Source of the DNA: a virus
Taxonomy: Duplodnaviria; Caudoviricetes
Virus record (IMG/VR): IMGVR_UViG_3300044740_000023
Coordinates: 21,806-85,805 of that record
DNA length: 64,000 nt
Strand: one strand, 5' to 3'
This document shows positions 37,164 through 46,752 of this stretch, piece after piece. Each line of letters starts with the position of its first letter. Within the stretch, counting starts at the first letter, position 1. Below the pieces are notes generated by a model that searched no databases, had not been told where the DNA came from, and worked only from the letters and a program-made list of their open reading frames with translations. A program made the translations under genes and the position numbers.

Positions 37164-38453
37164 CTATTCGCCCTTCACCTCTTCAAACGTGCCGGTCTGC
37201 GACTCCCATGACAGCGGCAGCGAGAGCACCTGGAGCACTTTCGCGAACGTGCCGGGAATCTGGAGCAGCGCGTCTTTCACCCGGATCGACTTCAGGACGA
37301 CAGTCGGTTCTTTCGGGTTGTAAATCTTCGCTTCGAGCGGCTGCGGGTTTTCGTTGAGGTAGCCAAACACCTCTTTGCGGCTGACACCCGTGAGCGTTTC
37401 GAGCGCCTGATACAGCGCCTCCTTTTCCTTCGGCTCGATCTGAATGGTGCCGTTGCAGTCGATGCCCGTTTCGTTGTAGCCGATGGGGTCGAATTCGCCC
37501 ATCTCGCGCTGCACTTCGCCCGAGTGCGTGGCGTTGAGGTCGAAGCTCTGAATGCCGTGGAGCTTGACCTTTCCTTCGCCTTCTCCGACGAGGATTTCGA
37601 TGTTGCGGCCACGGACGGCAGCCGGGGTGACAGTCGTGGAAGCGTGCGCCGCTTCGTTGATTTCTTTTTTGACCGCCGCGAAGTAAATCCACTTGATGAC
37701 CGCACCTTCGGCGGGGGGCACGGTGAATTTGATTTTGACTTTGGCGGGCGCTTTGCCCGGTTCTTTCGTGCCTTCCTCTTTGTAGTCCACACCCGGCTGC
37801 TGAATGACGCCGTTGACGAGGACTCCGAGGATCGCCTTGTAGGTCGTGCCACCTGCCCCGCCGATGCGGTAGACGCGGCAGACCTGTCCCGTTTCAAACG
37901 TCGCGGTCGCGCCGTTGCCGGTAGCGGTCTCCTCGATGGGGTACGCGCCCATCGCTGCTTTCGATTCCGCGTTTTCGGCTTCGTCGGCCATGTAGTACGT
38001 GCCGCCGTTGAGCGTGACCGTCTGCTCAGCGTTCGCGGTGACGCCGAATTTGTATGACAGCGCGGTCGGGTAGTACATCGGGACGACGACGCCGGACGTG
38101 ATGTGGGTGTGTTCCCCGGTGGGGTCCTGCGCCCACGGGCACGCGAGGTTGATGAACTGGCAGTTGCGCCAGTCGTATTTCGTGCCGTTCGGGTCGGCGT
38201 GGGCCGGGCCTTCGTTGCCGCCCATCGCGCCGACTTTGCCGGTCAGCATCGCCATCATGTCGCAGGACACGTCCCACGAGGTCATCTGGAAGCTGAAGTT
38301 CGCCTCGGTGAGAATCTTCCCCACAACGAGGTCGTTGCCGGTCTCACGGATGGTCTCGGTCGGGATGCGCGGGTTCTGGAGACCCGAGTCCTGAAGGCGG
38401 TCTATGACGTTGAGGCCACCGACTGTGATGATATGCCCGGCAGGAATGCTCAT
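37164..38453 (-). CDS. Major tail (tube) protein
   Basis: Position after neck genes and before the chaperones; duplicated tube-like motifs (IRETGN / QREMGE); late-promoter-like motif upstream. Confidence 0.6.
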   Translation of the reverse strand: MSIPAGHIITVGGLNVIDRLQDSGLQNPRIPTETIRETGNDLVVGKILTEANFSFQMTSWDVSCDMMAMLTGKVGAMGGNEGPAHADPNGTKYDWRNCQFINLACPWAQDPTGEHTHITSGVVVPMYYPTALSYKFGVTANAEQTVTLNGGTYYMADEAENAESKAAMGAYPIEETATGNGATATFETGQVCRVYRIGGAGGTTYKAILGVLVNGVIQQPGVDYKEEGTKEPGKAPAKVKIKFTVPPAEGAVIKWIYFAAVKKEINEAAHASTTVTPAAVRGRNIEILVGEGEGKVKLHGIQSFDLNATHSGEVQREMGEFDPIGYNETGIDCNGTIQIEPKEKEALYQALETLTGVSRKEVFGYLNENPQPLEAKIYNPKEPTVVLKSIRVKDALLQIPGTFAKVLQVLSLPLSWESQTGTFEEVKGE

Positions 38454-38791
38454 GTGGTCTCAGTCGCCTCCGTATCGTTGAACGCAAATCGCTCCGCGAG
38501 ATCGGTGGAGAGGTCTCCTACCTGATCGCCGGGCTGCACCTTCAGCGCCCGGATGCCCTCGTAGGCCAACCCGTTGATCTTCTCGCGGCAAGTGCTCTTG
38601 AACGTGTCGATTGCCTTCTCGTGTCCGGGCGGAATGAGCGGCTCAATCACCTTCTCGAACTCCCCGAGGAGGGTGAGCATGGCCGACCTGCGCCGCCGAT
38701 GTATTGCGGCCTCTGGACCGCTGTCGTCTTGGCCTAATATACGCGGCTGACCACCGTTTTGCGCGACTTGAGTCGTGGCGCGGGCGCTCAC
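38450..38791 (-). CDS. Hypothetical protein (alternative start 38680)
   Basis: ATGA coupling; contains both recurrent motifs near its 5' end. Confidence 0.45.
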   Translation of the reverse strand: MSARATTQVAQNGGQPRILGQDDSGPEAAIHRRRRSAMLTLLGEFEKVIEPLIPPGHEKAIDTFKSTCREKINGLAYEGIRALKVQPGDQVGDLSTDLAERFAFNDTEATETT

Positions 38792-39456
38792 GGGAGACCT
38801 TCCCCGTACACGATCTGAGCGGTCTGCACCTCGACTTCAAACGCCCGCCGCACGGCGTCCAACTCGCCCTTCCAGAACGCCTCGATGTCGGGGATCGAGT
38901 CTTTGACGAACTCCCGCGCTTCGATGGGATTGCGGATGCGCCCGCTGCCGCGATCTTCGCCCTTGCCGCGCGGCTCGAACACCGGATGCTGGCGGAATTC
39001 TTCGCCCTCGGGGTGCGATTCGCCGGGCATGAACACGCCGTAGAGGATGCGCCCGACGTGCCCCGAGTAGCCAAGCTCCTGCGTCCACCACCACTCGACC
39101 TTGCTGTCGAGCAGACTCTCGTTGGCGATGCCGATGGACCCCCACCCGATGTCCGCCGACAGGTCCACCGGCAGGACGCCGCACTCCAGGTAGTCCTCAA
39201 GGCGCGGCCCGCCTGCACCGTGGCTGTCAGGGCGCACGCGGCTGTTGCGCTCGTGTTCAACGAGGACATGCGTGCCGTGAGCGACGACAGACACGGCCAT
39301 CGCCTTTAGCTCAAGCTCCAGCGTGCGCATCGCATCTGCGACACGCTGCGCGCCAGGAATGTCGCCCGCCAGTAGCAGACGTTGCTCGATGGCCTTGCAT
39401 TCCGACTGCGCTCTCGGGATACCTCTGACGAAGCAGTAGAAGGCGTAGTTGTCCAT
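38788..39456 (-). CDS. Tail completion / neck protein
   Basis: Position; WWWTQELG...G pattern resembles HK97-gp10-like proteins. Confidence 0.45.
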   Translation of the reverse strand: MDNYAFYCFVRGIPRAQSECKAIEQRLLLAGDIPGAQRVADAMRTLELELKAMAVSVVAHGTHVLVEHERNSRVRPDSHGAGGPRLEDYLECGVLPVDLSADIGWGSIGIANESLLDSKVEWWWTQELGYSGHVGRILYGVFMPGESHPEGEEFRQHPVFEPRGKGEDRGSGRIRNPIEAREFVKDSIPDIEAFWKGELDAVRRAFEVEVQTAQIVYGEGLP

Positions 39457-39951
39457 CTAGGGCACGAAGTAGTCCGTGAGGGTGATCGTCGTCGTCCACA
39501 CGTATTGGTCCCACGGGCGCGGACTCTGATTTACCTCATGGCGCACTTGTGCCTTGTCTACGCGCAGACTGTCGATCTGCGGATTACCTTCCTGTCCGAA
39601 ATCGAGCAGAGGTATTTCTGCCTGTCCCGCCCGGAACACATGCTTGATCGCGTGCGCGAGCTTGCGCCCGAAGCGCGGCTCCGTGGCGAACGTCCAGACG
39701 ATGAGGGTGTGGACGTACTCGGTCAGGTCGCTGCCCATCTCGATGAGTTTGCCGCCATCGTCGATGTTGAAGCCGAACGCGACCGTCGTCATCTCAAGCT
39801 CCTGCGCACGTTCCTCGGGCGTCGGGAACGCTTCGCGCAGGCGAACGTCCTGCCCGCCGCCCGACAGCACGAAGCCGTATGTCGGCAGGTCCGAGTTGAG
39901 CAGCGCGAGCGCGCTGAGTTCGACAAGCTCCTCGCGCAACAGCGTGGTCAT
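39457..39951 (-). CDS. Tail terminator-like protein
   Basis: Size, beta pattern and position between head closure and tail tube genes. Confidence 0.45.
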   Translation of the reverse strand: MTTLLREELVELSALALLNSDLPTYGFVLSGGGQDVRLREAFPTPEERAQELEMTTVAFGFNIDDGGKLIEMGSDLTEYVHTLIVWTFATEPRFGRKLAHAIKHVFRAGQAEIPLLDFGQEGNPQIDSLRVDKAQVRHEVNQSPRPWDQYVWTTTITLTDYFVP

Positions 39952-40382
39952 AGCTGCTCCCCGTAGACGAGTTGCCGGTACACCTGTCCGCCGAGGCTGA
40001 ATGGCTTGGCCTCACGGATGGAGTAGTCGAGTCCGTTGACGTGCATCTCCTTCGCCGTTTCGACATCTTCGTAATCGCTCTGAGCGATGTCGAGGATGAT
40101 GTCCATGCCCGATACCTCACCGAGCGCCACGACATCGGTGTCACTCTGCGGACGCAGCGGCGAGCCTTGCTTGAGGATCACGAGACACGTCTTGGTCACT
40201 TCGGTCCATGCCGCGTTTTCCTGCTTCACCGTGGCGTCGTAGGGCAGGCCGGTGATCGGGTTGATCTTCGTGCCTTCCGGCCATGTCGGGGCAGTCGGCA
40301 CCTTGAAGATGACCGGCGCGCCGCCGACGACGCGGAGGTTCGCCTGTGCCTCGATGAACCCGGCTATGTCTATCGCAGCCAT
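39948..40382 (-). CDS. Head closure / head-tail adaptor protein
   Basis: Position; VNGLDYSIRE motif typical of stopper proteins. Confidence 0.5.
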   Translation of the reverse strand: MAAIDIAGFIEAQANLRVVGGAPVIFKVPTAPTWPEGTKINPITGLPYDATVKQENAAWTEVTKTCLVILKQGSPLRPQSDTDVVALGEVSGMDIILDIAQSDYEDVETAKEMHVNGLDYSIREAKPFSLGGQVYRQLVYGEQL

Positions 40383-40705
40383 GCGATCCCCCGCGCGGGC
40401 GTGCCGAAGCGGATGCGAAGTTCGTCCACGCTCAGGTGTTCGACCAGCGCCTCGGTCTCGTTGAGCGCTTCAGCACCGACATCTTCCGCCTGCACGGTGA
40501 CGGACGGATAGCGCCCGAGACCGTGCGGGATCAGCCAATGGCCGAGCGGGTCCTGCACGACGAAGTGATACCCGGCCTCGTCGAGACCGCTGGAGGTGAT
40601 GTCCGGTTGCGGAGGTGTTCCACCTCCAGCGAACGTAAGGGGTGACTTGAGTTCGCCCTTCGCGATCTCTGCCGGGGTGGGCGCGAGTGCGATTAGCTCT
40701 GTCAT
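40370..40705 (-). CDS. Small virion structural protein
   Basis: Q...W.IPHGLGRYPSVTV...LRIRF...G.A motif common in virion proteins; TGATG coupling. Confidence 0.55.
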   Translation of the reverse strand: MTELIALAPTPAEIAKGELKSPLTFAGGGTPPQPDITSSGLDEAGYHFVVQDPLGHWLIPHGLGRYPSVTVQAEDVGAEALNETEALVEHLSVDELRIRFGTPARGIAWLR

Positions 40706-41634
40706 CAGAACCCGGTCGGCGGGTACATGACGGGCACGACAGCCGCCTCCTGTCCACCGGGCAGGCCACCGGGCACGTTGACATCGAAGTAGCCAGCCCA
40801 CCACTCCAGCACGGCGACCGTCGCCTGATCGCGCACACGGATGTTGGAGGCGTAGCGGTCGAGCACCGGGATGTTGATGCGCAGGCCCGCGATGGCTTTG
40901 TCGCGCTCGTCGATCAGCGAGTTGAGGTAGTTGCGGATCAGGTTCGCGGACAGGCTCCACGTCCACTCCGTTCCCTCGTTCTTGATGCTTTCGCTGATCT
41001 TCATGTTGTTGAAAACGTGGAAGTAGTAGTTGAGCGCGACCTGTGCGGCGATGATCGCTGTCTCCCACTCGGTCAGCGGTGTGTCGGTGCGCCAGCGCGT
41101 CGGATAGCCGCCGAGCGGGTCGCGCTCCTTCACGAGCAGTTCGTGGTGGAAGAAGCTGCCGCTGAGCATCACGACATCGCCGCAGGCGTCCGCGATCATC
41201 GCGTACAGTTCCGCGTCGGTCAGCGGCGGTCGCTTGTTCGCGTTGCCCCACGGACCTTCCACCTTGCGTCGCGCGCGCGGGACGAGCACGTACAGATCGG
41301 TGAGGTCGGGTGGCGTGCCATCCCACCGTTCCGATTCGACTTCGAGCTTGCCCTGGCTGACAGCGGTGCCCGCCTTGAGCCATTCCCAATGCCAGAGGCC
41401 GGTGACTTTCGGGACGTAGTTGGCGTGGTAGTGCCCCGTCGAGTCGTGGTGGATTTCTCCACCTTCGAGCGTGTGTTGTTTGATTTCCGCTGAGTCGGTC
41501 AGTTTCGGCTCGACGAGGCGCAGCTTCAGTTCTTCGACATCTTCCGGCGCGCCCGTGTCCGGGTTGGTCATCACCGTGCGGAACGTCGCCGTGCTGCCCG
41601 TCGTGACGGTGGGGATGGGGTCCTCAGCGCTCAT
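40705..41634 (-). CDS. Head-tail connector / neck protein with N-terminal Ig-like domain
   Basis: N-terminal ...STGHYHANYVPKVTGLWHWEW; helical C-terminus (WTWSLS...IRNYL..LI.ER). Confidence 0.5.
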   Translation of the reverse strand: MSAEDPIPTVTTGSTATFRTVMTNPDTGAPEDVEELKLRLVEPKLTDSAEIKQHTLEGGEIHHDSTGHYHANYVPKVTGLWHWEWLKAGTAVSQGKLEVESERWDGTPPDLTDLYVLVPRARRKVEGPWGNANKRPPLTDAELYAMIADACGDVVMLSGSFFHHELLVKERDPLGGYPTRWRTDTPLTEWETAIIAAQVALNYYFHVFNNMKISESIKNEGTEWTWSLSANLIRNYLNSLIDERDKAIAGLRINIPVLDRYASNIRVRDQATVAVLEWWAGYFDVNVPGGLPGGQEAAVVPVMYPPTGF

Positions 41635-44306
41635 TCGACCGTGCTTTCTGCGTGGATGGCGGGGCCGACACTCGACTGCTCGTTCGACGTGATGGTCGTC
41701 GTGCCTACGATACTCGGCTCCGTGGATGATGTCACGACTTCATTCGCGGCATCAGAGGTCGCTGTGATGGCGGGGCCGACTGTGGAGGTGAGATGCCCCG
41801 GCGTGTACGGGTGGTGGACGACGGTCGTTTCGACTTCGGCTTCCTGCGTCTGGCTGACGACGCCCACGCGCAGCACACGCTTGACGAGGACCGCGCTGGA
41901 GGTGTCGGAGAGCGAGAACGTCCGTGCGAAGCGACGCACGAGCGTCGGCGTTGAGGAGCCGGTGGCGCTCAGCACGCGCACCGCCGAGCGCGTGAAGCTG
42001 ACGGCCTGCGCCTGCGTGAGCGCCATGACGCGCAGAACCGCGCGCGTGTAGCTGACGCTCTGGCTCTGAGAGACCGAGAGCGAGCGCGTGATGCGCTCGA
42101 CGACGCTCGCGCTCTGCGTCTGTTCGGCGCTGAGTTCTTTGGTGTGTTCGTGGTGTTCGACTTTCGCCGTCTGTTCGGCTGTCTGTTCCTGGCTGGCCGA
42201 CAGCGAACGCCGCACCTTGAGCGTCATCGTCAGCGCGCCCGACTGCGAGAGCGCGAAGATGCGTGAGACCGCCTTGCTCGACGAGAGCGACTGGCTCTGG
42301 CTCGCTTCGAGGCCGTGCAGGACGCCCGCCGCCATGCTGATCGACTGGCCCTGTTCGAGCGCAAAGCTGCGGCTGAAGGACCGCACGAACGACGGCGAGG
42401 TTTCCTGCGAGACCGTCAGGAAACGTATAAGCGCGTTTGTACGCGAGACCGTCTGACCCTGCGAAATCGCGAGGATTCTCGTCGAGGTCAGGGTCAGTTC
42501 ACACGACTGAAGTTGCGTTGTCGAGAGGGTTCGAGCCTGCGATCTCTGAACCGAGACTGTGCTCGAATCGCTCGCGGTCAGGATGCGCGTGACGGTCTTG
42601 AGCGGCGCGGAAATCGTCTGGCTCTGCGAGAGCGTCGAGAAGATACGGGAGACCCGCAGTTCGACCGTGGGCGTCTGCGACTGCGACACGCTCAGCGTGC
42701 GCACGAGCAGGCCGTGCGTCATCGTCACGGTCTGGCTCTGTTCGGCGCTCAGTATCCGCTTGGGCGTGAGCGGCTCCGTGATCGACTGGCTCTGCGAGAT
42801 CGACGGCATGAGCCGTGTGACGGTTATCGGCATCGTCGGCGTCTGCGACTGCGTGAGTTCGAGGATGCGTTTGAGGCTCTTCAGCGGCGCAGAGATCGAC
42901 TGGCTCTGAGAGAGGGTCAGGACGCGCGCCGTTTTCTTTACGGGCGCGGAGATGGTCGATTCCTGCGTGAGCGCGAGCACGCGCTTGGGCGTCTTTTCGA
43001 CCGTGATCGTCTGCGACTGGCTCACCGTCAACGTGTGTTCGTGCAGGAATGTCCAGCCGGTGTTGCCGCCGAGGTTGCGCCCGTTGATGTCGCGGAAGGT
43101 GCCGCCGCCTTCGCCCGTGGAATCTTCGAGTTCGACGGCGGTGAGTTCGATGGTTTTCGCCGCGCCGAGTTTCAGTTTCCAGGCTTTGCCCGCGAGCGAG
43201 GATGTGATCTTGACCTTTTCGGCTTCGGTCGCGTTGGTCGTGAATTCGCCCGTGATCGTCGTGGTCGAGGATTTTTCAAATTTCGTCACTTTGGCCTGCG
43301 AGCCGCGCGTGTTGACGCGCAGGTTCGTGAAGGTGTTGCTGCCCTGCATTTCCGTGGACTGCCCCGCGAGGATGACCGTCGAGTAGGTCTTGCCGCCACC
43401 GTGGAATTTCTTGGCCGTTTCGGTGTTGTCCGTGAGTTCGATGGTGGACGTGCCCGCTTCGATGGTCGTGCCTTCGACCACCGACCACGCTTCCCCGGTG
43501 CCGTTGCAGATGATTTTGCTCGCGCCGAGTTTGCCGGTGGTGGAGGTGGCGAAGCCGAATTTCCCGCAGGTGACTTCCTGGCCGTTCGTGTCGATGGTCC
43601 CGCCTGAGACCGTGATGTTCTTAGAGCCGTTGTTGATGGCCGACACGAACTTGGTCGTGCCGCCTGCGCCGATCACTTTGATGGCGATGCCGAGTTCGAT
43701 GGCGATGTTGACTTCTGCCGTGCCAGCCGTGTTCGCAAATTCCAATTCGACCGTCGCGCCCGTCGTGAGTTTCGCTTCCGCGCCGAGCGTAAAGTTGCCG
43801 AACACTTTGACGACGCAGGAGCCTTTCGGGTTGAAGGTGTTTTTGTAGTTCGCACCCTTGACTTCTTTGCATTCGACAGTCGTGGCAGTCGAGACTTCGA
43901 GTTTGCCGCTTGTCGAGAGGAGTTCGACCACATCTTCTTTGCCGGGCACTTTCGTCGCCGCCTGAAATTTCCCGCCGACTTCTTCTTCCCACGTCGAAGT
44001 CGCGGACCACAAGCCACCGCCTTCCTTGACCTTGAAGTTCGTACCCGCGCCACCGGCCATCATCGGCATGAACGCGACCCGCCATGAGCCGAGCTTCCAG
44101 CGCCATATCTTCGGACGCCGGTAGCGCCTGCGCCAGAACGGGATCGGGATGATCTCGATGCTCCGAACGATGGTGCGCGCGGACTTGCCGCCCACCACGA
44201 TCACGAGGTTGAACAGCACCGGGCGCTGCGCCGCGCGCATGCGCTCACGCACGCCGCGTGGTAGCAGGCTACTGAGTAGCACGCTACGGAGTAGCAGCCA
44301 GATCAC
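41631..44306 (-). CDS. Large virion protein: beta-helix-like N-domain + about 21 tandem 19-20-aa SQSQ repeats
   Basis: GGGLWSATSTW start of the beta-rich domain; R.L..SQSQT.S repeats over ~41830-43036. Confidence 0.7.
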   Translation of the reverse strand: MIWLLLRSVLLSSLLPRGVRERMRAAQRPVLFNLVIVVGGKSARTIVRSIEIIPIPFWRRRYRRPKIWRWKLGSWRVAFMPMMAGGAGTNFKVKEGGGLWSATSTWEEEVGGKFQAATKVPGKEDVVELLSTSGKLEVSTATTVECKEVKGANYKNTFNPKGSCVVKVFGNFTLGAEAKLTTGATVELEFANTAGTAEVNIAIELGIAIKVIGAGGTTKFVSAINNGSKNITVSGGTIDTNGQEVTCGKFGFATSTTGKLGASKIICNGTGEAWSVVEGTTIEAGTSTIELTDNTETAKKFHGGGKTYSTVILAGQSTEMQGSNTFTNLRVNTRGSQAKVTKFEKSSTTTITGEFTTNATEAEKVKITSSLAGKAWKLKLGAAKTIELTAVELEDSTGEGGGTFRDINGRNLGGNTGWTFLHEHTLTVSQSQTITVEKTPKRVLALTQESTISAPVKKTARVLTLSQSQSISAPLKSLKRILELTQSQTPTMPITVTRLMPSISQSQSITEPLTPKRILSAEQSQTVTMTHGLLVRTLSVSQSQTPTVELRVSRIFSTLSQSQTISAPLKTVTRILTASDSSTVSVQRSQARTLSTTQLQSCELTLTSTRILAISQGQTVSRTNALIRFLTVSQETSPSFVRSFSRSFALEQGQSISMAAGVLHGLEASQSQSLSSSKAVSRIFALSQSGALTMTLKVRRSLSASQEQTAEQTAKVEHHEHTKELSAEQTQSASVVERITRSLSVSQSQSVSYTRAVLRVMALTQAQAVSFTRSAVRVLSATGSSTPTLVRRFARTFSLSDTSSAVLVKRVLRVGVVSQTQEAEVETTVVHHPYTPGHLTSTVGPAITATSDAANEVVTSSTEPSIVGTTTITSNEQSSVGPAIHAESTVE

Positions 44307-44473
44307 CGCAGCGCCTCGTCGATGATGTCCAGCAACTCCTTGCCCTTCTCGACCAACAGAGCGATGAGGGGCCGCGCGAGCCGAAGCGCGCGCCGCGTCC
44401 GTTGAAGCGTGACTAGAGCAGCGTCTAGCTCTGGAATCGGTGTCGGGCGGCGACCAAATGCCAAGCCAATCAC
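44303..44473 (-). CDS. Small helical protein (56 aa)
   Basis: GTGA overlaps at both ends. Confidence 0.4.
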   Translation of the reverse strand: MIGLAFGRRPTPIPELDAALVTLQRTRRALRLARPLIALLVEKGKELLDIIDEALR

Positions 44474-44628
44474 CGCACCACCCGAAGCCTTCGCTCGCCC
44501 TCGCGCACGTAGAGATACGCCTGGACTTGAGTCAGGCGATGATCGTCGCAGAGCTTCTTGAAGCCTCCCCGCCCCTTTATCGGGGCACTACAGCGGAGGC
44601 AGTCCTTGAGGCGATTGGGAAGGGGCAC
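44470..44628 (-). CDS. Small CxxC...CxxH protein (52 aa)
   Basis: GAGGA SD before GTG; CLRC...CDDH. Confidence 0.4.
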   Translation of the reverse strand: MPLPNRLKDCLRCSAPIKGRGGFKKLCDDHRLTQVQAYLYVREGERRLRVVR

Positions 44629-44651
44629 ACATTCCTCACCATGATAGTGAG

Positions 44652-45119
44652 CTACGCCTGCTTGACCTTCCACTTATACGTTATGGAGTCGCCGTTGTTC
44701 AGGTTGTCGGTGTTGTGCGTGGCCGACACGAACATGTTGCCCGACGTTGACGCATCGAAAGTCCCGGCCTCGTCAACGGCGCGTTCCGCCGTCGCCGTGA
44801 TCGTGCCTTCCACCTGATACGTGTCTTTCGGGTTCGTCGTTTCGACGGTGGACTCGGTGCCCGTGGTGCGGGTCTCTTTTTCGTTGGTGAGACCCGTGTC
44901 CGAGGCGGCGGCGGTGCGGCCCGCGCCTTCGTGCGCGCCCACGCCGAGCGCGAGGAACTTGGGCGACGTGGTGTACGTTTCCGGCGACGTGCGCAGGCGG
45001 TCAGCGAACATGGCTTTGCCTTTGTTCGTGACGACGGTGGCGACACCGAACGCCCACCGGATGAGGTCTTTGAGCGTCGGCAGCGGACGCGGGCGGGTGA
45101 GTGCAACTGCGTCGTTCAT
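44652..45119 (-). CDS. Virion structural protein
   Basis: VVTN.G...LALG...D..L...EAG.FDA..SGNM...GDSI.Y.W family pattern. Confidence 0.6.
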   Translation of the reverse strand: MNDAVALTRPRPLPTLKDLIRWAFGVATVVTNKGKAMFADRLRTSPETYTTSPKFLALGVGAHEGAGRTAAASDTGLTNEKETRTTGTESTVETTNPKDTYQVEGTITATAERAVDEAGTFDASTSGNMFVSATHNTDNLNNGDSITYKWKVKQA

Positions 45120-45454
45120 GCCGATGCCTCCTGGCTCTGCTCAGCGGTGAGTACCTGCTCGTGCTGCTCCCCTGCGGGCATCGGCTCAACCGGTGGCTCG
45201 TCCTTCCACGTCGATGTGCCGTCGCCGTTGTCGTGGAGGTACTGGAGCTTCACCTCGCAGTCGGGGAACTCTTCCTTGGCGGCGGCGAGCAGTACCTCGG
45301 CCACCTTGTCACGAGGCGTGGTCTCACCCGTGAGCGGGTTGACGAAATCTTCGATGCGCCCCTGACGGAAGGCAGAGATGCTCTCGGGAGCCTCGACCGT
45401 GCTGCCGTCGTCAAGCGTCTGTGTGTGAGCCGGGTGGACAACTGCTACGCGCAT
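45116..45454 (-). CDS. Hypothetical protein
   Basis: ATGA coupling. Confidence 0.5.
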   Translation of the reverse strand: MRVAVVHPAHTQTLDDGSTVEAPESISAFRQGRIEDFVNPLTGETTPRDKVAEVLLAAAKEEFPDCEVKLQYLHDNGDGTSTWKDEPPVEPMPAGEQHEQVLTAEQSQEASA

Positions 45455-45772
45455 GGCCTCGCCCTTCCTATCTCGGGGTGTCGCAGCCGGTACAGAAGCC
45501 GCCTGATCGGGTTGCGGTGCCAGTACGCCACGACCTTCATCTCGTCACCCGGACGGGGCTTGCCGTCCGCGCGCGTGATGGAGCGTTCGAGCACGATCTC
45601 CTGCGGCTGGTTCACGACCGCCCCACTTCTAACACCGGGTAGGTCACACCCCACTCGCAGAGTTCGTTGGGACCACACGAGGCCGTCTTGCGCCGCTGAC
45701 GGCGCGGACGTTTGACTTCGCGCCGCGTGCTGACGAAGTAGCCGTCGCCGGTCGTGAGCTTGCGAGGACCCA

Positions 45773-46690
45773 TCAGTCGCCGGTCTCCTCATCGGGCGCG
45801 ACTTGAGTCGGGGCGTCCGGGGAGCCGACCTCCTCGTTGGCCGCGTACTCACCCTCGGGCGCTTCGTTGGCGGGCGTCTGCGCAGCGCCGGTCTCCTCGC
45901 CGGTCGGCGTCACGCCTGCGGTCTCCTCGCCAGCGATGGCGCTTTCGCTCGTGCTGCCGTCGCCGCTGCCTTTGAACGCCTGCGAGCCGGGAGTCGAGCT
46001 TTCGACCGTGGCCGTGCCTGCAATCGCGCCGCCCTCGGGCGCGGGAGGCTCGCCCTGAAGCGGCGCACCGGCAGCCTGATCGGTGCCACCGAGCGCACCC
46101 GGCTGTGGAGCCTCGGTGCGCTCAGGGTTGTCCACCCACGACTGCCGGTCGTCCTCGGGAGAGGGTGCCTCGTGCTCTGGCGGGGCACCCGGACGAGTGT
46201 GAGATGGCGGCACGGCAGCGGTGGACGACGGGACTAGAGTCGGCGCAACGCTCGTCGTTGGGATCGGCCTGTCCGTTCCCTGCGCGAGCGCGGCGTCGGC
46301 TGTCGCCCGATCCGCTGCCTCTTTGCTCTCAGTCTGCGGCGCGTTGGCCGTGCCCGGCACGTAGCGCGCGTGTTCGTCAGCGATCTCGGGCGAATCCTCG
46401 ACCAGCACCAGCGGGATCATCGGGTGCATCTCGTGCGCCCCGGTCTCGCTGTTGACGAACTCGAACTGCTGCTCGACGAACGGGTTGTCCTTCGCCTGCG
46501 CAGGCGCGCGCGCGGTCAGGACGGCCTCATCATCGGAGAGGTAGACGGTCCCGTAGGGCGCGACGCTCACGCCCTCCTGCGCGCCGAGATGGTTGAGTTT
46601 GACGACGCCAAGCCAGCCCGCCGTCTGGTTCTTGTACGGCTTCTTGGCGACCTCTGCCCTACCTGCCTCGGCTGCTGACGGAACTCCCAT
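45773..46690 (-). CDS. Post-capsid protein with compact N-domain and long acidic disordered tail
   Basis: Directly follows the capsid gene; SD AGGTAGGAAG. Confidence 0.55.
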   Translation of the reverse strand: MGVPSAAEAGRAEVAKKPYKNQTAGWLGVVKLNHLGAQEGVSVAPYGTVYLSDDEAVLTARAPAQAKDNPFVEQQFEFVNSETGAHEMHPMIPLVLVEDSPEIADEHARYVPGTANAPQTESKEAADRATADAALAQGTDRPIPTTSVAPTLVPSSTAAVPPSHTRPGAPPEHEAPSPEDDRQSWVDNPERTEAPQPGALGGTDQAAGAPLQGEPPAPEGGAIAGTATVESSTPGSQAFKGSGDGSTSESAIAGEETAGVTPTGEETGAAQTPANEAPEGEYAANEEVGSPDAPTQVAPDEETGD

Positions 46691-46717
46691 GCTTCCTACC
46701 TCCCTATTCGCCTGTGT

Positions 46718-46750
46718 GTCCGCCCATGCACCCTACGGTGGACGGCGGAC
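46718..46750 (-). terminator. Imperfect hairpin after the capsid gene
   Basis: GTCCGCC...GGCGGAC arms in the intergenic gap. Confidence 0.4.
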
Positions 46751-46752
46751 GC

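Noticed and set aside
45445-45773. Two small ORFs after the post-capsid gene
   Set aside because: Plausible coupled ORFs (about 45612-45773 and 45445-45615) but no motifs; too weak to list as features
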